Assembly: GCF_001194135.2 (NCBI RefSeq)
Contig: NC_068996.1
Span: forward strand, 23,959,863 to 24,023,572
Length of the DNA: 63,710 bases
Reading direction: 5' to 3'
Source of the DNA: Octopus bimaculoides
Taxonomy: Eukaryota
This document shows positions 62,651 to 63,710 of this stretch, piece after piece. The stretch's first letter is position 1. Each line of letters begins with the position of its first letter. Under the pieces are notes generated by a model. That model was not told the DNA's origin, did not search any database, and saw nothing but the letters and a program-made list of their open reading frames with translations. The position numbers and the translations under genes were made by a program.

Positions 62651-63136
62651 NNNNNNNNNNNNNNNNNNNNNNNNNNNNNNNNNNNNNNNNNNNNNNNNNN
62701 NNNNNNNNNNNNNNNNNNNNNNNNNNNNNNNNNNNNNNNNNNNNNNNNNNAAAAAAAAAAAAAAAGATTAGAGATATTGTATAAAATTAGTGAATTTGAA
62801 CTCGCAACCATCTGTGGGTAAAGCAGATATAATAACCACAACACTATGGAAACATGCACATGCACACACGTTTTTGCAAAGATATGCAACATATTCACGT
62901 GCATCCTGAGTTCAAAACTGCCATGGTTGACTGTCTTTCATCATTTCGTACTGATAAAGTACGTACCATTTGAACACTAAGAACGATCTAATCAACTTCT
63001 CCGCCCACCCATTCAAAATTGCTGGTCTTGTGCCAAAATTAGAAAAAATATAAAGGTATGTGTATGTATGTATGTATGTATGAACATAAGTATACATTTA
63101 TGTATGTATGCATTGGTATGAATTTTATGTATGTAT

Positions 63137-63295
63137 AGGCACAGGAGTGGCTGTGTGGTAAGTAGCTTCCTTACCAACCACATGGTCCCGGGGTTCAGTC
63201 CCACTGTGTAGTATCATGGGCAAGTGTCTTCTACTATAGCTTCGGGCCAACTAAAGCCTTGTGGGTGGATTTGGTAGACGGAAACTGAAAGAAGC

Positions 63296-63333
<38 letters not shown>

Positions 63334-63710
63334 TGTGTATCTGTGTTTGTCCCCTAACCATCGCTTGACAACCGACGCTGGTGTGTTTATGTGCCCGTCA
63401 CTTAGTGGTTTGGCAAAAGAGGCCAATAGAATAAGTACTAGGCTTACAAAGAATAAGTCTTGGTGTCGATTTGTTTGACTAAAGGAGATGCTCCAGCATA
63501 GCCGCAGTCAAATGACTGAAACAAATAAAAGAATGGGCACAGGCATTGCTGTGAGGTAAAGAAGCTTGCTTCCCAACCACATAGTTCTAGGTTCAGTCCT
63601 ACTACACAGTACCTTGGGCAAGTCTTCAACTACGGCCTTGGGCTGACCAAAGCTTTGTGAATGGATTTGGTACACAGAAACTGAAAGAAGCCCATTGTGT
63701 GTGTGTGTGT
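63137..63710 (+). mobile_element. Head-to-tail SINE A pair; second copy runs off the window
   Basis: First copy to ~63533; second head starts ~63535. Confidence 0.8.

Noticed and set aside
1-63710. CRISPR arrays, rRNA genes, prokaryotic operons
   Set aside because: None seen. The sequence is eukaryotic, and its tandem repeats lack unique spacers.

Overview
AT-rich, repeat-dense eukaryotic genomic DNA with (TA)n/(CA)n/(AAT)n/(GAT)n microsatellites and five N-gaps. The repeat families resemble those I recognise from octopus (coleoid cephalopod) genomes; this is recognition, not a search result. Most of the window is intronic or intergenic. It carries at least four tRNA-derived SINE families (my labels A-D), a (GAT)n-tailed RTE-3'-like repeat (E), decayed RTE LINEs, one RLE-type non-LTR relic, TTAA-ended MITEs (F, G), two hAT MITEs with 8-bp TSDs, Tc1/mariner relics, a Chapaev3-like transposase relic, a Helentron/HINE-like element and Penelope-like remnants. 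Nearly all ORFs in the supplied track are microsatellite or repeat artefacts. The best genic signal is a chain of short minus-strand exons (44955-45014, 39410-39452, 37971-38033; possibly 49515-49527 and 37023-37080) that splice in frame downstream of a CpG-rich patch at ~49.5 kb. I cannot name the protein. The most interesting unexplained items are: (1) a pre-miRNA-shaped hairpin (17813-17886, minus strand) whose predicted 3p arm would carry an AAGUGCU (miR-302/430-type) seed; (2) a Penelope-type minimal hammerhead ribozyme with one core mutation, plus a relative apparently converted into a palindrome; (3) a 262-bp spacerless palindrome; and (4) repeated fold-back inversions at repeat ends. 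Repeat boundaries are approximate and all alignments were done by eye.
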